Positions 26,335-35,623 of a stretch of DNA of 38,090 nt are shown here, in pieces. Source of the stretch: a virus (lineage: Duplodnaviria > Caudoviricetes). Below the pieces are notes generated by a model. It was not told the DNA's origin. It made no database searches and was given only the letters and a program-made list of their open reading frames with translations. The translations under genes and the position numbers were made by a program. Within the stretch, counting starts at the first letter, position 1. The number at the start of each line of letters is the position of its first letter. The stretch is taken from positions 1-38,090 of IMG/VR virus record IMGVR_UViG_3300033067_000976. One strand, given 5' to 3'.

Positions 26335-26718
26335 CTAGTTAAAAGGGTTAAACTCTCCGCCGGCCGTGACCGGGGTTGTAATTTCTAGGGCTCTATTTCT
26401 GAGCCCGATCAGGTGGTAGGATACGATATTCACAAGCCATGGGTCGCCCTGCTTGTCTTTCTCGCTGTCAGGTACTTTGCATACTTTAATTAATGTCTGG
26501 CGTAATTTCTCCCACGCTGCCGGCGTGGTTTTTTCGAGATTAAAGTATAGGTACATAAGCTCTCGGATATGGTCCGGGAGTTCGTCTAGCACGGCGTGGA
26601 TCTGCTGCACGTTCATGCTCTGCACTTCGTTCACGAATTTATGGTACTTCTGTATCACATCTTCGCTTGGCACTTCCACCTCGGGGAGGTCTGCTGCTTT
26701 GATATTTTTCTTTGTCAT
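26335..26718 (-). CDS. Hypothetical helical protein
   Basis: 127-aa ORF within the structural operon. Confidence 0.65.
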   Translation of the reverse strand: MTKKNIKAADLPEVEVPSEDVIQKYHKFVNEVQSMNVQQIHAVLDELPDHIRELMYLYFNLEKTTPAAWEKLRQTLIKVCKVPDSEKDKQGDPWLVNIVSYHLIGLRNRALEITTPVTAGGEFNPFN

Positions 26719-26723
26719 ATGGG

Positions 26724-27827
26724 TTAGATATACATTACGTGCTCGTTGTGGTCCGTGGTTGTTGCCGCGGTGAATGTAGCATTTACGGTCGACACTCCGT
26801 ATGCTACGCCGGTAGAGAGGTAATAGCCGGCTGTTCCGAAGAAGTCCGTGCCTATTAACCTGTCGCCTGGTTGGTTAGCGGTTCCTGCAGGAATAGCAAA
26901 GGAGAACACCGGCACGTCACTGCCTGCGGGTGCTGAGGCTTTGTTAAATATATGCAGGTATCTAATCGACGCATTAATGTTGTGTGCATGGGCTGAGAAG
27001 ATATTACCAGCGGCCGCTTTGGCTGATACGTCTACGTCGCTCGCGAATATTGCCGAGCGGGACAGGCTATAGGTTGAGGCCGCAATTGGCTTGTTCACTA
27101 TGCCCAGCACGTTATTGGTTAAATCTTCACCGCCTAACAAATCGAACAAACTTACCAGGCTTGCGCCGTTCACCGTTACGCGCCGTGGGTAAAACTGCCC
27201 ATCGGTCAAAGTCGGGCTGCTTGCGTCGTACTTACCCATGTCAAGAATATTCAGCCATCCGGTAACTGTTGAAGTTGCCGTAATAACTGCGGTCCTGAGC
27301 CTGTCCCAGGTAGTACCATTAAAGCCGTACATTCTAGATGCTGTACGCTGTGCGTTTGCGGTGTTCGATTCTGCATCTGCACCCGCGGTTTGCACGTCGC
27401 CACCGCCGCCGCTACTACCGCCGGCTGTGCTCTGGCCAAGTCCGAATGCTTGGGGTCTGTCTGTGGCAAAGGCCTGGGCGAGTAATGTTCCGTGGTTGCT
27501 GGATACGCCGCTGTCCTTGACCGAGATCTTTATATACTTGTCCGCGATCGCAATTGGTACGCGGATTGGGTATGCTGTGCTGCCTGCACCGCCCGGGTAT
27601 GAGTAGGTAGTCGGCGCGTTGTTTGAGTCTGGTGTCTGGTAGAAGTTTGTGCCATCAGGGCTGAACTCAATCTTTAGTACCAATGCGGCGCTTGTCTCAC
27701 TGGCTCCCGTAGTATGTTTTAAATACAGGACGAGTTCAGTAAAGCCGCCCACCTCTAAGGTTTTGGACTGGTAGCTAGATGTTAGCGCTGTGCTGGCAGC
27801 AAATATCGAGAATAATGTCTGTAACAT
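26724..27827 (-). CDS. Virion structural protein with two jelly-roll-like modules
   Basis: IEFSPDGTNFY module, GTTWDRLR linker, RYLHIFNKASAP...FAIPA module. Confidence 0.7.
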   Translation of the reverse strand: MLQTLFSIFAASTALTSSYQSKTLEVGGFTELVLYLKHTTGASETSAALVLKIEFSPDGTNFYQTPDSNNAPTTYSYPGGAGSTAYPIRVPIAIADKYIKISVKDSGVSSNHGTLLAQAFATDRPQAFGLGQSTAGGSSGGGGDVQTAGADAESNTANAQRTASRMYGFNGTTWDRLRTAVITATSTVTGWLNILDMGKYDASSPTLTDGQFYPRRVTVNGASLVSLFDLLGGEDLTNNVLGIVNKPIAASTYSLSRSAIFASDVDVSAKAAAGNIFSAHAHNINASIRYLHIFNKASAPAGSDVPVFSFAIPAGTANQPGDRLIGTDFFGTAGYYLSTGVAYGVSTVNATFTAATTTDHNEHVMYI

Positions 27828-27849
27828 TGTTTTAAATTCTTAAAAGGTG

Positions 27850-27881
27850 AAAAGGGCGAGACTTTTAGGGCTCGCCCTTTT
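27850..27881 (-). terminator. Intrinsic terminator (bidirectional shape)
   Basis: AAAAGGGCGAG-10 nt-CTCGCCCTTTT. Confidence 0.85.
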
Positions 27882-27885
27882 GGGT

Positions 27886-28203
27886 TTATTTCTTCCGTTT
27901 GCTGGCCGCTTTCTTCGCTGTTTTAGCAGCGGTTTTGCGTGCTGCTTTTGCTGGAGCAGCGGATGTTTTCACATCGCCCTCTCCATCGCCGGCGTCACCA
28001 CCCTCGTCAGACTGACGATTGACTGGCTTACCATCCGCGGATAGTTCGAGCCAGGGGTAGGTGTTTTGCAGGTGTTCTGCGTGGGCCTTTTGCACTTCTG
28101 CAAAAGTTTCACCACCCGGGATCTCGTAGCGGATACCCTCGACCACTGTGTCGATTGGCGCGCTCATGTCCGGGTTATGTACGGAGTATACTTCTCCTGC
28201 CAT
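27886..28203 (-). CDS. Small head-region protein with histone-H1-like A/K tail
   Basis: C-terminus APAKAARKTAAKTAKKAASKRKK after an acidic linker. Confidence 0.75.
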   Translation of the reverse strand: MAGEVYSVHNPDMSAPIDTVVEGIRYEIPGGETFAEVQKAHAEHLQNTYPWLELSADGKPVNRQSDEGGDAGDGEGDVKTSAAPAKAARKTAAKTAKKAASKRKK

Positions 28204-28236
28204 ATATAGGTCCCTTTCCTGATTAATATTTTTGCT

Positions 28237-28842
28237 TTAGGCAACGTAGATTGTTGGCTGTGAACCAGTGATGGTATTGGCCAAGGTTCCAGTTGCTGCG
28301 ACACGGACGCGAATCCGGTCGCCCTTTGTGACTGCGAGATCTGCTGCGGTGCTGGTAAGCGTGAGCTGTCTGCGGGTATTGGCCGAGATAGCTGTACCAG
28401 TCGTAGTCTTTGAGGTGTTTGCATCGGTTGCTGCAAGCAGTACTGCGGTTCCTGCTCCGGCTTGTCCTAGATTTGTGGCCGAGAACGTGACGTAGTTGGA
28501 TCCGTGCGCTGCGAGCGCGTCAATGCCCACAAAGTCTATACCGGTAATTACACCAGTCTCTGGTACGGTCAGGTAAAAATCCGTATTACCTGTAGTAGCT
28601 ACTGTTTTTTCAGTGCCAGTGACAGCTTTACCCGCCATTGGTACGAATCGACAGGAGGTAGAGTCGCCGTGGTTTATGTACATTGACGTGCCTGCTGCAC
28701 CGGATGTGTACATAAACAAACAACCTCTTGCATATCCCGTTGCTGCATCTGCGGGAACCGTTGCACCTCTCGCAAGTACCACATGTTCCAAGGGGTTTGT
28801 AAGAGCAAATCCCTGGTCATTGAATAAGTTTGTTCCTTGCAT
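28237..28842 (-). CDS. Capsid-associated decoration/spike-base protein
   Basis: T/A/G-rich beta protein directly after the major capsid gene. Confidence 0.7.
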   Translation of the reverse strand: MQGTNLFNDQGFALTNPLEHVVLARGATVPADAATGYARGCLFMYTSGAAGTSMYINHGDSTSCRFVPMAGKAVTGTEKTVATTGNTDFYLTVPETGVITGIDFVGIDALAAHGSNYVTFSATNLGQAGAGTAVLLAATDANTSKTTTGTAISANTRRQLTLTSTAADLAVTKGDRIRVRVAATGTLANTITGSQPTIYVA

Positions 28843-28870
28843 GGGAGTGTTTTCTTTTTAAAGTAGAAGA

Positions 28871-28898
28871 CCTGCAGGCCGGGGAGACGGCCTGCAGG
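28871..28898 (-). terminator. GC-rich hairpin after the capsid gene (leaky terminator or mRNA stabiliser)
   Basis: Perfect 11-bp stem CCTGCAGGCCG/CGGCCTGCAGG followed by a broken U tract (TCTTCTACTTT) on minus. Confidence 0.6.
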
Positions 28899-28907
28899 AA
28901 CGTTTGT

Positions 28908-29846
28908 CTAGCTGGAGTAGGAGAGGGTGTCACCCTTGCTGCCCCACAAACCGCGCCAATCGGACCAGCCGAAGCTGAAGCGTTGGTTTGCGATCATGAT
29001 GAGGGTGCGGGTAAGGGTTTCATAATCTTCATCGATGTTGAACATCTCGCGCCAGAAGAAGTTGAGCTGGCTCTGGCCCTTGTCGATCAAGTACCATGCG
29101 GTATCACTTCCACCACTGACCAATGCGCTGATCCAGCGGGTAGCAATAACCGTGATGCGGCCCTTGTAGATGTTAATATCGTTGTTTGCGGATCCGGAGA
29201 CGAGCTCGGATTCGGTAATGCGGGCAGCTTTCTTTTCGAGAGCTAACGGCACTAACAAGATTATTTCCCCGGTGTCACCTACCGTAATAACATTACCTTT
29301 GTTATCCAGGGTCTGGCGGAGGGCCAAGAGTCCGGTTTCGAGGTTGTCATCGGTTAAGGCGATACCAGTGGAGCTGGCGTTGCTCTGGCTTGTACCACCA
29401 TCCTTGCGGGGGTGGGACGTGCTGAAGAGCGGCTTTGCATCACCATAGCTGGTAAATGCGGTATTGAACCCGTTTCGGAATACGGAGAATGCCTGGAAGT
29501 CCGGTGTGCGCTTTCCAGCGGCACCGAGCTTGGCGCTCCTTTTCTTCATGATGCGGGTCTGGTCGTCGTCGTACAGTTCTTTGGAGATCTGAATACCTTT
29601 ACGGTATGTGACGTGCGTGTATCGGGTAACGTAGCCCGAGATTGGATCCTCGAAAGGAGCCGGCTGTTGCTCGCCGGTAGCTTCAAGGTAACCGATCCCA
29701 GTGGAGTCTACATCTTCTTCAAATGCTTTGGTGGAGGTGTCCACGTTAAACACTTTGTCGAATGCGGTTGGCGGCATTTGGTATGCATCGTCAATCCACT
29801 TGCGTACTCCAGGGGCTAACGCTTCAGCCCATTGTGCTCTAGTCAT
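28908..29846 (-). CDS. Major capsid protein (HK97 fold, Mu gpT-like)
   Basis: ISKELYDDDQ, YGDAKPLFSTSHP, LLVP.ALE..A, DTAWYL, RFSFGWSDWRGLWGS. Confidence 0.92.
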   Translation of the reverse strand: MTRAQWAEALAPGVRKWIDDAYQMPPTAFDKVFNVDTSTKAFEEDVDSTGIGYLEATGEQQPAPFEDPISGYVTRYTHVTYRKGIQISKELYDDDQTRIMKKRSAKLGAAGKRTPDFQAFSVFRNGFNTAFTSYGDAKPLFSTSHPRKDGGTSQSNASSTGIALTDDNLETGLLALRQTLDNKGNVITVGDTGEIILLVPLALEKKAARITESELVSGSANNDINIYKGRITVIATRWISALVSGGSDTAWYLIDKGQSQLNFFWREMFNIDEDYETLTRTLIMIANQRFSFGWSDWRGLWGSKGDTLSYSS

Positions 29847-29860
29847 TTGTTTTATGGGGG

Positions 29861-29890
29861 GTAGGCCCGCGGGAACTCCGCGGTCCTTAC
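29861..29890. other. Hairpin upstream of the capsid start
   Basis: GGCCCGCGG-GAACT-CCGCGGTCC. Confidence 0.55.
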
Positions 29891-29900
29891 GTTAGTTAAT

Positions 29901-30449
29901 TTAAGCGGTCATCTGGCGCTCGTGGATTGCATACAATCCGTTTGCACTATTCTGTGGGTCTACTCCAAGAATGGACAATTGGGCGCTTGCTGTGAAGCTG
30001 TTGCCGTTGTTATTCTCGTCGACTGTGATGTCATCCACCAAGTCGGTGTAGTTCCCCTTTAAGTCGGAACCGGTTGTGGTTCCGATTGCTGCATCCGGGG
30101 CAGAGGATACAACAAGGTCTGGTGTGATATCGATTTGCGCGCAAATCTTTTTCACGGTCTGGTTGTTGCTGGCTGCGGCGTAAGAGCCGTTTACACCTGC
30201 AACGAATGTGCCGTCATAGACGAGGCTGGAGTCGGCCGTGCGAGAGTCCAAGGGGATATCAAGCTGGGTAACGATTCCAACACACAATCCATAAATGGCA
30301 GCACCTGCGGTAGCGGGTGAGGCAAAACCACTAGACAAAAGCACAAAGCCCCCGACCTTAACGGTAGCGGAGTTCTTTATGATAACCCTGTCTAGGGTTG
30401 AGACTGCACGGCCGCCACGCTTGTTCCAGCGTCTGACAAATCTAGCCAT
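29901..30449 (-). CDS. Capsid decoration/cement protein
   Basis: Lies between scaffold and capsid; VKVGGFV.LSSG..SPA.AG..IYGLCVG pattern. Confidence 0.75.
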   Translation of the reverse strand: MARFVRRWNKRGGRAVSTLDRVIIKNSATVKVGGFVLLSSGFASPATAGAAIYGLCVGIVTQLDIPLDSRTADSSLVYDGTFVAGVNGSYAAASNNQTVKKICAQIDITPDLVVSSAPDAAIGTTTGSDLKGNYTDLVDDITVDENNNGNSFTASAQLSILGVDPQNSANGLYAIHERQMTA

Positions 30450-30472
30450 GGTCGTGTTTGATTGTTAAGGAA

Positions 30473-31300
30473 TTAACTGTTGCGGGACGCTTGTTCCTGC
30501 TGTAGTTTTTTCCCTTTGATGTAGTCTGCTTCGGACATGTTGAGTTTCTTGGCTGCAGCACGTTCCTCGGCTGAGAGTACTATGGTGTCTTGTCGGTCGC
30601 TCTGTCCGCCACCACTAGTTGCGTTATCCGCTGCTGCTGCGTCGGCCTGACCTTTGGTCCTGCCCGCCTCAGTCGCATCGGTTTGTAAACGCTCACCGAA
30701 TGTTGCGTAGTAAGCTGCCCGCAAATTTTTCTGGTATGCCTCTTTGGTTCCGGATTTATCGATCTCGACGTAATTGCTCATCATCTCGTCCCAGTTGGCG
30801 TTGTTAACGTCATGGGCCGGGTTAACAAGTTTAAACTTCGGATCTTTGGAGAAGCCTGATATCACATCGCGCTGATCTGCTTCGCGTCGAGCCTGCAGCT
30901 CTGCTTGCAGACGCTTAGTTTCTTCAGTTAGTTCTCCACCGGCGCCATTGTCTCCGGCATTGCTGCCTGAGTCACCATTGCCCTGGTCACCCTGGGGTTT
31001 TGGTGCGGTTCCAGTACCACCATTCAAAGTTCGCTTTTCGAGCCTCGCTTTTTCAAGGTCGACTCTTCGAGCACCTAGCTCGGAATCAAGTCCCGCGAGC
31101 TCTTTGCGTTTCCGCTCAAGCTCCGCATCTATGCTACCTGCGTCAGCCCCGGATTTGGACTTATCGTCCTGGTTATTATTTTGGCCGTCACCACCGGCAT
31201 TGTCCTGGCCTTGCTGGCCCGTGTTTTTATCCTGGTTTTCCTTACCAGTTTGCCCATCGCCGGCATCACTGCCTGCTTGAGCGTTATCATTTGGTTTCAT
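30473..31300 (-). CDS. Capsid scaffolding protein
   Basis: Acidic disordered N-terminus, coiled coils, C-terminal LSAEERAAAKKLNMSEADY. Confidence 0.85.
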   Translation of the reverse strand: MKPNDNAQAGSDAGDGQTGKENQDKNTGQQGQDNAGGDGQNNNQDDKSKSGADAGSIDAELERKRKELAGLDSELGARRVDLEKARLEKRTLNGGTGTAPKPQGDQGNGDSGSNAGDNGAGGELTEETKRLQAELQARREADQRDVISGFSKDPKFKLVNPAHDVNNANWDEMMSNYVEIDKSGTKEAYQKNLRAAYYATFGERLQTDATEAGRTKGQADAAAADNATSGGGQSDRQDTIVLSAEERAAAKKLNMSEADYIKGKKLQQEQASRNS

Positions 31301-31321
31301 GTTTGTTTCCTGCCTTGCAAA

Positions 31322-31514
31322 TCGCCGTATACGGTGGCGCGTTGTGGTGCATTCTCGAGAGCATGCGCTACAACTTACCGCGGTAAGAGACTAATGCATG
31401 GACCAATAATAAAGCTGGATCTCCGTAGAGAATCCAGCCAGCACCACAGGTCGGCGCATCCGCATACGCGTTCCTGGGATGCATGCTGCATTCCCCACGA
31501 ATGGTTGCGGATGT
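31322..31514. other. Five-hairpin structured intergenic element upstream of the scaffold gene
   Basis: Stems at 31322-31337, 31341-31374, 31374-31387, 31414-31438 and 31456-31514. Confidence 0.7.
31405..31438 (-). terminator. Candidate terminator/attenuator with cUACGg tetraloop
   Basis: Minus strand GCTGGATTCTC-TACG-GAGATCCAGC followed by TTTATTATT. Confidence 0.55.
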
Positions 31515-31547
31515 CAAGTTGTTAGTACGCCATTAATATAACACGTT

Positions 31548-31952
31548 TTATTCCTCTGGCAAGTTATCCACTTCTCGGTTCTGTTTTTGCCTATTGCGCC
31601 ACATATTCTCTACTCGGTCAAGTAGTCTGTTCACGAATTCATGCTTTACCCCTAAACGCTCAATTAAATTAACATTAATTTGCGTCATTGGTTTGTGGCT
31701 AGCCTTAATAATTCCCTGGGTTAGCTGGTTTCGGAGGGCTATAAACACTTTTTGGATCTCTTTCGACTGGGCTATAAGCAGCAATCCCTGCTTTATATCC
31801 TCGTCCGTGAGTGCTTCCGGGTGGGGGTTTGTCCACAGTCTGTGCTCAAATACCTCTAAAAGCTGGGCCTCTGTGTATTGCTCCATCTCAGGGCTGCCAA
31901 CTTCTGGCAGCCCTGTATTGACTTTCTTTTGTTTTTGTGTTGCTTTTGGCAT
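31548..31952 (-). CDS. Small helical protein between portal and scaffold
   Basis: 134-aa ORF coupled to the portal stop. Confidence 0.7.
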   Translation of the reverse strand: MPKATQKQKKVNTGLPEVGSPEMEQYTEAQLLEVFEHRLWTNPHPEALTDEDIKQGLLLIAQSKEIQKVFIALRNQLTQGIIKASHKPMTQINVNLIERLGVKHEFVNRLLDRVENMWRNRQKQNREVDNLPEE

Positions 31953-31953
31953 T

Positions 31954-34104
31954 TTAGTATCCGCTTAATTTGCTACGTAATGTATCAGTTGTTGGCGGGG
32001 TTGGCGGTTTCCCGACTTGCCCTGCTCTCTGGTTTCCCAGCACAGCGCTTGTACCTGCCCCACCTGGTGCGTTTCCTCCCGGGGTGGTAGTTTGGCCCGG
32101 CTGATCCAATCCGATGCCCAAGGCGGCCAATTCTGGGTCAACGCCGGGCTGCTGTGGTTGTGCCCCCGCGGGTCCCTTGGCTTGCTCGAGTATAAGTTCG
32201 TCCGGATCCTTGTCGTATGTCTCTGCAAATTCCCGGAACATCTTCTGGCGATCCACCATATCCCCGAAGTATGCCATTGCCCATTGCTGGAACTCTTTCT
32301 CGTGCGCGCGCTGGTAGTTGTCGCTCATCTTTACACTGCTCTGCGGTATGGCTTTTACACCTGCAGCAAAGTCCCGCATAAATTTAGCAGTGAAGTATAC
32401 GTGCTCGAGCTCCGGGTTGCTCGGGTCAATCTTTACCACAATCTCGTCGAAGTCGTCGCCGTACGTTTCTGCCAGCCTGGCTCTTTGCTGTGGATCCAGT
32501 TTTGGTGCGCCGCCTGGGAGATCCGCCTTGGTTGGAACGAAATATAAACATACGCTTCCGTTTGTTCCGGCAATAATTCGCGGTATGTTGTCCACGCGCA
32601 TTTCCCGCATCTTCGGTTCGCCGTCTTCCTCCTTGCCTATTGCCATGGGGTAGAACTGGCACTGGTTCGATATGCGGAGGTAGCCCTCTTCAGTTACTGC
32701 CCATTCCATAAACGTATTAAACAAACTCATGAGCTCGAGTGCGCCTTGCACTGCTGCGTCTGTTGCTGTTGCGGTTACGCCCTGGGATCCACTGCTTTGC
32801 CCCTGTGTCACGTTGTCTACGCTCGAGCTATTTATTTTGCTCAGGAACAAGTTCATGTAACTCATGGCCTCGTTGCCTGGGCCACTGATGTTCATCTCTT
32901 TATACCCTGTCTGTGGGTCCGTGACTTTGTATACCACGCCCGGTCCGAATGTTTTCTCTTCGATATCTTCCGGATCATTTGTTATAATCGGCCGGTTCAA
33001 GAATAGGTGGAGCAGGTCAATGCTCATGCGCATAACGCTGTCATTGCCGTCCTGGTCGCCTTTCAGCTTAATTGGCAGCGGCATGCGGTAGAAGAAGTCT
33101 TCAGCGTATGGCTCGAATCCTCCCTCCCAAAATGGCAGCCCGCGGTCCCGGAGTTTGTGGTTGAATGGCAGCCCGCTATTTTCTTGGGTCAACAATAGTC
33201 CGTTTGATATAAAGTTCATGGCGTCCGGGGTGTGGCCTGGCTTCTTGTAATATTCAAACACCCACACTTGATCGTCGCCGCACTCTCCCGGGATTAGATC
33301 CTTGAAAAATGGCAGCTCGCGCATTTCCCCTGCTGGCCGCACGTACTGTGCGTCCGGGTACTTCCTCCAGCTCTTCTGAAATTCTGCGTATGAAAGGAAC
33401 CGCTCACGGCCGCAATCGAGCATGCTGTTTGGTCCGTTGATGTGGAGCTTGCGCACGTCCCCCGGGTAAAACTCCTCAAGCGGTACAATCTCGCCTATAA
33501 CATCGTTCCAGTCGCGCCGGCTCTTTTCTTCCATTTTCATTTCGTTGGTCAGCGGATCAAAGTCTGTTATGTCCCAGTACTTGGTCAGTGGTGCTGCGTA
33601 CGTTTCGTAGCCTATGACCGTGCCCTTTGTTATTGCCGAGAGCATCTTAAAAAAGAATTGCACGTCATCGTTGTTCTTCAGCGCTGCCCACTCATCGAAC
33701 GCCCGGCAGATCCTGGCTTTCCATTTATTATTTTCGGTTACGCCATAGTAGCTGCGCTTCATACGCTGGCTTGCAAGCCTGGCCAGAATAGCAATCGTTT
33801 TGTTTCTTGTTTCCGGTCCCACGTATGTGGTCTGCCAGTCTTCAGCGCTGCTCCGGGGACGCTGGAATAAACCGAAGCGCTTTGTGGCGTCGTCGATTAT
33901 TTCAATCAGGGTACGGTTGTTGAAGTATCTAAACCTGCGGTTCCGTGCGTCTCGCATCTGCACGTAGCGCTGGTAGGTTTCTTTTACTATTGCCTGCTTG
34001 CGCGGATTCTGTTGGAATCCCACCTCGCGAGTCTTGAGCTCGTCCGGTGTAGGCATGGTTGTTGTGGCCCGTTTGTTTTTGCTGGCCTCTTTGGTACGCT
34101 CCAT
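31954..34104 (-). CDS. Portal protein (P22-like)
   Basis: Directly after TerL; ITKGTVIG, PLEEFYP, VTATA motifs and a P/G/Q-rich tail. Start reassigned to ATG 34104. Confidence 0.88.
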   Translation of the reverse strand: MERTKEASKNKRATTTMPTPDELKTREVGFQQNPRKQAIVKETYQRYVQMRDARNRRFRYFNNRTLIEIIDDATKRFGLFQRPRSSAEDWQTTYVGPETRNKTIAILARLASQRMKRSYYGVTENNKWKARICRAFDEWAALKNNDDVQFFFKMLSAITKGTVIGYETYAAPLTKYWDITDFDPLTNEMKMEEKSRRDWNDVIGEIVPLEEFYPGDVRKLHINGPNSMLDCGRERFLSYAEFQKSWRKYPDAQYVRPAGEMRELPFFKDLIPGECGDDQVWVFEYYKKPGHTPDAMNFISNGLLLTQENSGLPFNHKLRDRGLPFWEGGFEPYAEDFFYRMPLPIKLKGDQDGNDSVMRMSIDLLHLFLNRPIITNDPEDIEEKTFGPGVVYKVTDPQTGYKEMNISGPGNEAMSYMNLFLSKINSSSVDNVTQGQSSGSQGVTATATDAAVQGALELMSLFNTFMEWAVTEEGYLRISNQCQFYPMAIGKEEDGEPKMREMRVDNIPRIIAGTNGSVCLYFVPTKADLPGGAPKLDPQQRARLAETYGDDFDEIVVKIDPSNPELEHVYFTAKFMRDFAAGVKAIPQSSVKMSDNYQRAHEKEFQQWAMAYFGDMVDRQKMFREFAETYDKDPDELILEQAKGPAGAQPQQPGVDPELAALGIGLDQPGQTTTPGGNAPGGAGTSAVLGNQRAGQVGKPPTPPTTDTLRSKLSGY

Positions 34105-34108
34105 AGTT

Positions 34109-35623
34109 TTAGTAGCTTGTCGTTGAATACGGGTCAAAGCGCTTTCTCATTGAGTTGCGCCTGGCCGTATTCTGTGGCTTTGCCGGTTTAATTTCTAAAC
34201 TTACAGACTTTACTGCGTACCGGAGGTCGTCGGGCGCGTGATCCTCTTGGCCATCCGCTATTTCTTCCACGTTTTTGTCGTCGTGGATAAGCGCCGGTAG
34301 TGTTCTGATCAAATGGTAACAGTTCCGCGTGACTTTTAACAGTGGTACGGTTCCCTCGTGTTTGCCCGGGACGGCTTCCTGGAACTTTAAAACCTCACGA
34401 ATACGGGACCAGCCTGTCTTTCGATCGTTGTCCGCGGGAGTCATTGGCCAGCCGTTTTGTGCAAAGGTTGTAGCAATATCTTCTTTCGTTTTAGCTTTGC
34501 CCCACATGCTAGGATCTCCTACGCGGTATTCTATGCGCTCTCCCTCGGAGAGTTGGGCCAAAGCCTTAGCCGCATCACTATCTCGCTGTGGCGGGGTCAT
34601 TTCTCGCGTCTGCGGGTCAGGGAATGGGTAGTAATACTCCTTGTACGCCACAATCTTTACACCTTTCAACTCTGGCCTGCCCTCCGGTGGTGCGTCCGTG
34701 TTCGGGTTCAGTGCATACCAATGTGTTGAGAGCGGGTTACTGGATCCATAGTCTGTTGCCGTGAATCGTTTCCACTCAGCCGGCGGTAGGAATGGATCTA
34801 TCACATGTACGCTTTCTACCCACTCGCTGAAGAATTGACCTTGGAATATATTCCAATCGCCGTATAGGTACGCCCGGCGTTGAGTTGGCGGCAATGCTTC
34901 CAGTCGCCGTATGTATTCCGGATCTCTTTGCATGAGCACCGGGTTGTCGTATACGGTGGCACCCACGTACTCGAAATCTTCAGGCTCAAATCCTTGCGGG
35001 TAGTTTACCCGGTCAATCCAGAACCGCTTCACCCACAGGTGGCCAACGCTACCCGGGTTTGTGGCGCCGAAGAAGTTCGGATATATTCCCGGCTTTACGG
35101 TACGCAAGCGGGAGACTAACATCAAAAATTGAAACTCTGTAAATGTGGTGAGCTCATCAATGCCTATAAAATCGTACTCAGTACCCAGGTAGTTATAAAC
35201 GTCTTTTTCGTTTTGACAGTATCCAAATTTAATAGTTCCACCGCTGGGTTTGTATACCAGCAATCGCTTCTGGCTGTGGTACTTCCACATTTTCTTGGGC
35301 AGTTCCGCCTGTGCTTTCCGGATCAAGGTCGACTCTAATTCCGGGAATGTGCGGCGGAACAATATGCCGTGCACTGGTACGTTTGGGTGCTCCATCACTT
35401 GGGCGGCCGCCTCGTACAGTACGGCCGTGGATTTGCCCGGTCCTGCAGCTCCACCGAATAGCCTGTACCGCGCTGTGCTGCAGTGGAACTCATCCTGCTT
35501 TGGGAATGGCTCGTAATCTATTTTTAGACTGTTGGGCACGGCAAACTCTTTGTGCGTGGGTATGGGGTGGTGCGGCACAATAATTTGTGGTTTGTCCGGG
35601 AGCGCTATCTGCGTGGCTTCCAT
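34109..35623 (-). CDS. terL: Terminase large subunit
   Basis: Walker A GGAAGPGKS, Walker B FIGIDE, ATNPG coupling motif, nuclease DYG...DPS...DHAPDDLRY. Start reassigned to ATG 35623 (GAAAGGA upstream). Confidence 0.95.
   Translation of the reverse strand: MEATQIALPDKPQIIVPHHPIPTHKEFAVPNSLKIDYEPFPKQDEFHCSTARYRLFGGAAGPGKSTAVLYEAAAQVMEHPNVPVHGILFRRTFPELESTLIRKAQAELPKKMWKYHSQKRLLVYKPSGGTIKFGYCQNEKDVYNYLGTEYDFIGIDELTTFTEFQFLMLVSRLRTVKPGIYPNFFGATNPGSVGHLWVKRFWIDRVNYPQGFEPEDFEYVGATVYDNPVLMQRDPEYIRRLEALPPTQRRAYLYGDWNIFQGQFFSEWVESVHVIDPFLPPAEWKRFTATDYGSSNPLSTHWYALNPNTDAPPEGRPELKGVKIVAYKEYYYPFPDPQTREMTPPQRDSDAAKALAQLSEGERIEYRVGDPSMWGKAKTKEDIATTFAQNGWPMTPADNDRKTGWSRIREVLKFQEAVPGKHEGTVPLLKVTRNCYHLIRTLPALIHDDKNVEEIADGQEDHAPDDLRYAVKSVSLEIKPAKPQNTARRNSMRKRFDPYSTTSY

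Noticed and set aside
28842-28910. Capsid stop readthrough or frameshift into the next gene, stimulated by the hairpin
   Set aside because: The 65-nt gap is out of frame and no suitably placed slippery site precedes the stop. A terminator or stabiliser is simpler.
31490-31520. TTGACA on the minus strand as a late promoter -35
   Set aside because: No -10 element at 16-18 nt spacing; the hexamer overlaps the end of a hairpin arm.
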